Source of the DNA: Phycisphaerae bacterium
GTDB taxonomy: Bacteria; Planctomycetota; Phycisphaerae; UBA1845; Fen-1342
Length of the DNA: 64,000 bases
Assembly: GCA_963675745.2 (NCBI GenBank)
Contig: CAXXWX010000001.1
Location: 192,001 to 256,000, forward strand
Direction: 5' to 3'
The translations under genes and the position numbers were made by a program. Every line of letters starts with the position of its first letter. Position 1 is the stretch's first letter. The notes beneath the pieces were generated by a model. The model saw only the letters and a program-made list of their open reading frames with translations. It was not told the DNA's origin and did no database searches. Below are positions 62,455 through 64,000 of the stretch, in pieces.

Positions 62455-63084
62455 ATGTCATCGTCGCACTTGGTTCCCATCGTCATCGAGCATGAAGGCC
62501 GCGCCGAACGCTCTTACGATATCTACTCGCGGCTCTTGAAAGACCGCATCGTCTTTCTCGGCGACGAGATCGATCATGTCCTGGCCAATGTCGTGGTGGC
62601 GCAGTTGCTCTTCCTGGCCAACGACGACCGCAAGGCCGACATTCACATGTACATCAACTCCCCCGGCGGATCGGTGTACAGCGGCATGGCGATCTACGAC
62701 ACCATGCAATATGTGCCGTGCAATGTGGCGACATATGTCATCGGGGCCGCCGCCAGCATGGCCGCGGTGCTGGCGACCGCCGGCACTGAGGGCAAGCGCT
62801 ACATACTGCCGCACGGACGGTTCATGATTCACCAGCCCCTGTCGGGCGCGCGGGGACCGGCGACTGACCTCAAAATCGAGCTCGATGAGGTCATGCGCAC
62901 GCAGAAGCAGCTCTACGGCGTGCTTGCCAAGCACAGCGGCAAGTCGCCTGAGCAGATCGAGCAGGATTGCGATCGCAACAACTGGATGGATGCGGAGAGC
63001 AGCATCGCGTACGGGTTGTGTGACCGCGTGCTCGAGGCACTCCCGGAGCCCGGTCCGCGCAAGGTCAGCCCTCAGGATGGGTAG
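62455..63084 (+). CDS. clpP: ATP-dependent Clp protease proteolytic subunit (paralog 2)
   Basis: YDIYSRLLKDRIVFL, YINSPGG, AASMAA, IHQP. Confidence 0.95.
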   Translation: MSSSHLVPIVIEHEGRAERSYDIYSRLLKDRIVFLGDEIDHVLANVVVAQLLFLANDDRKADIHMYINSPGGSVYSGMAIYDTMQYVPCNVATYVIGAAASMAAVLATAGTEGKRYILPHGRFMIHQPLSGARGPATDLKIELDEVMRTQKQLYGVLAKHSGKSPEQIEQDCDRNNWMDAESSIAYGLCDRVLEALPEPGPRKVSPQDG

Positions 63085-63164
63085 GGATTGAATGAGGTAG
63101 TGGGGCGCGCCCGTGCCTGCCGGATACATCGGGATTCGCGCGGGCAGGAATACCGGTCAGCGCT

Positions 63165-63797
63165 ATGTCTTGGCGATCAACTGCGCATCTACGCCGACTT
63201 GTGCCACTCGCCGTATTTGCATACTGCGCACTGGGCGGGAGCGCTTGCGTGGATACGGAGAAGCTGGAACTCCGCCGCGAGGTCGGTTCGCTCAAGCACA
63301 CAGTCGCCGCCAAAGACCGCCAGCTTGTCGCGCAACAGGTCACGATTGACGGGCTGAATGAGCAGCTCAAGACTGTGCGCGCCATAGAGCCGCAAGACCT
63401 CGATTTCATCTTTCATCCCGTAAAGATCGAGATCGACTCGCTATCCGGCGGAGCCGACTATGACGGCGAGCCCGGTGACGACGGCGTGACCGTGTATCTC
63501 CGGCCGGTAGACCGGGACGGTGACTTTCTGAAAGCCGCCGGTGACATTCGTATCGAGCTGTTTGATCTTTCCGCCGCGCCCGAGCAGGCTCTGATCGGCC
63601 GCTGGGATTTTGACGCCGCCCAGGTCAACAAGCTGTGGTATGGCGATGTGTGGACCTACCACTACACGATCAAGTGCCCCTGGCCCGGTGATCCACCGGC
63701 CGGGCGCGAGATCACGATTCGAGCACGATTCACCGACTATCTGACACAGAGCGTAATGGCCGCGCAGGCCACCTGTGAGATCGAGCCCAGACCCTGA
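63165..63797 (+). CDS. Hypothetical lipoprotein
   Basis: Lipobox-like GSAC, coiled coil, YLRPVDRDGDFLKAAG. Confidence 0.7.
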   Translation: MSWRSTAHLRRLVPLAVFAYCALGGSACVDTEKLELRREVGSLKHTVAAKDRQLVAQQVTIDGLNEQLKTVRAIEPQDLDFIFHPVKIEIDSLSGGADYDGEPGDDGVTVYLRPVDRDGDFLKAAGDIRIELFDLSAAPEQALIGRWDFDAAQVNKLWYGDVWTYHYTIKCPWPGDPPAGREITIRARFTDYLTQSVMAAQATCEIEPRP

Positions 63798-64000
63798 CGG
63801 CGGCTTCCCGCGCGCAAAGAAGGGGGAAAAACGGCCCGTTGGGGCTGCACAATTGACGTCATATCCGACGCGAGCCGATATCTGTGTTGAGGGATCTTGC
63901 GGCGTGTTCGCGCCCTGTGACGCGCAAGATCTGCCTGAGTGCCGGACATTGTTGGCAATCGAGGCTGGAACGATGCTATACCATGAACGCGAGTTGCGGC

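Overview
GC-rich bacterial chromosomal segment, most likely Planctomycetota, class Phycisphaerae (inferred from the Cys-containing dockerin-like domains, the ECF sigma/Ser-Thr kinase pair, and DUF4190/H-X9-DG proteins). Housekeeping content: a Bat-type VWA cluster with parA and vanZ, an F1Fo ATP synthase operon (atpZ/I-B-E-F-H-A-G-D, with no atpC), fumC, a frameshifted ahcY, a porin-acs-OFA transporter unit, gatB, and tig-clpP-clpP. Accessory content: four secreted dockerin-bearing proteins, an ECF/anti-sigma/Spy-CpxP stress cluster, and several REP-like and heptamer-repeat elements. The main candidate system is at about 56.8-58.2 kb. A dockerin-tagged FGE-sulfatase/C-type-lectin-fold gene ends in a sequence with the hallmarks of a diversity-generating retroelement (DGR) variable region. 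It is followed by a GC hairpin and a 24-codon stub of an avd-like gene that breaks off just before a palindromic repeat. I found no reverse transcriptase or template repeat in the window, so this looks like a remote or decayed DGR target plugged into a dockerin display system. A second candidate is a four-helix-bundle (Avd/IVP-family) gene inside the atp operon, bracketed by inverted heptamer arrays, with two gene-less elements of similar design elsewhere in the window. No tRNA, rRNA or CRISPR array was recognised. All family calls come from motif recognition, not database searches.
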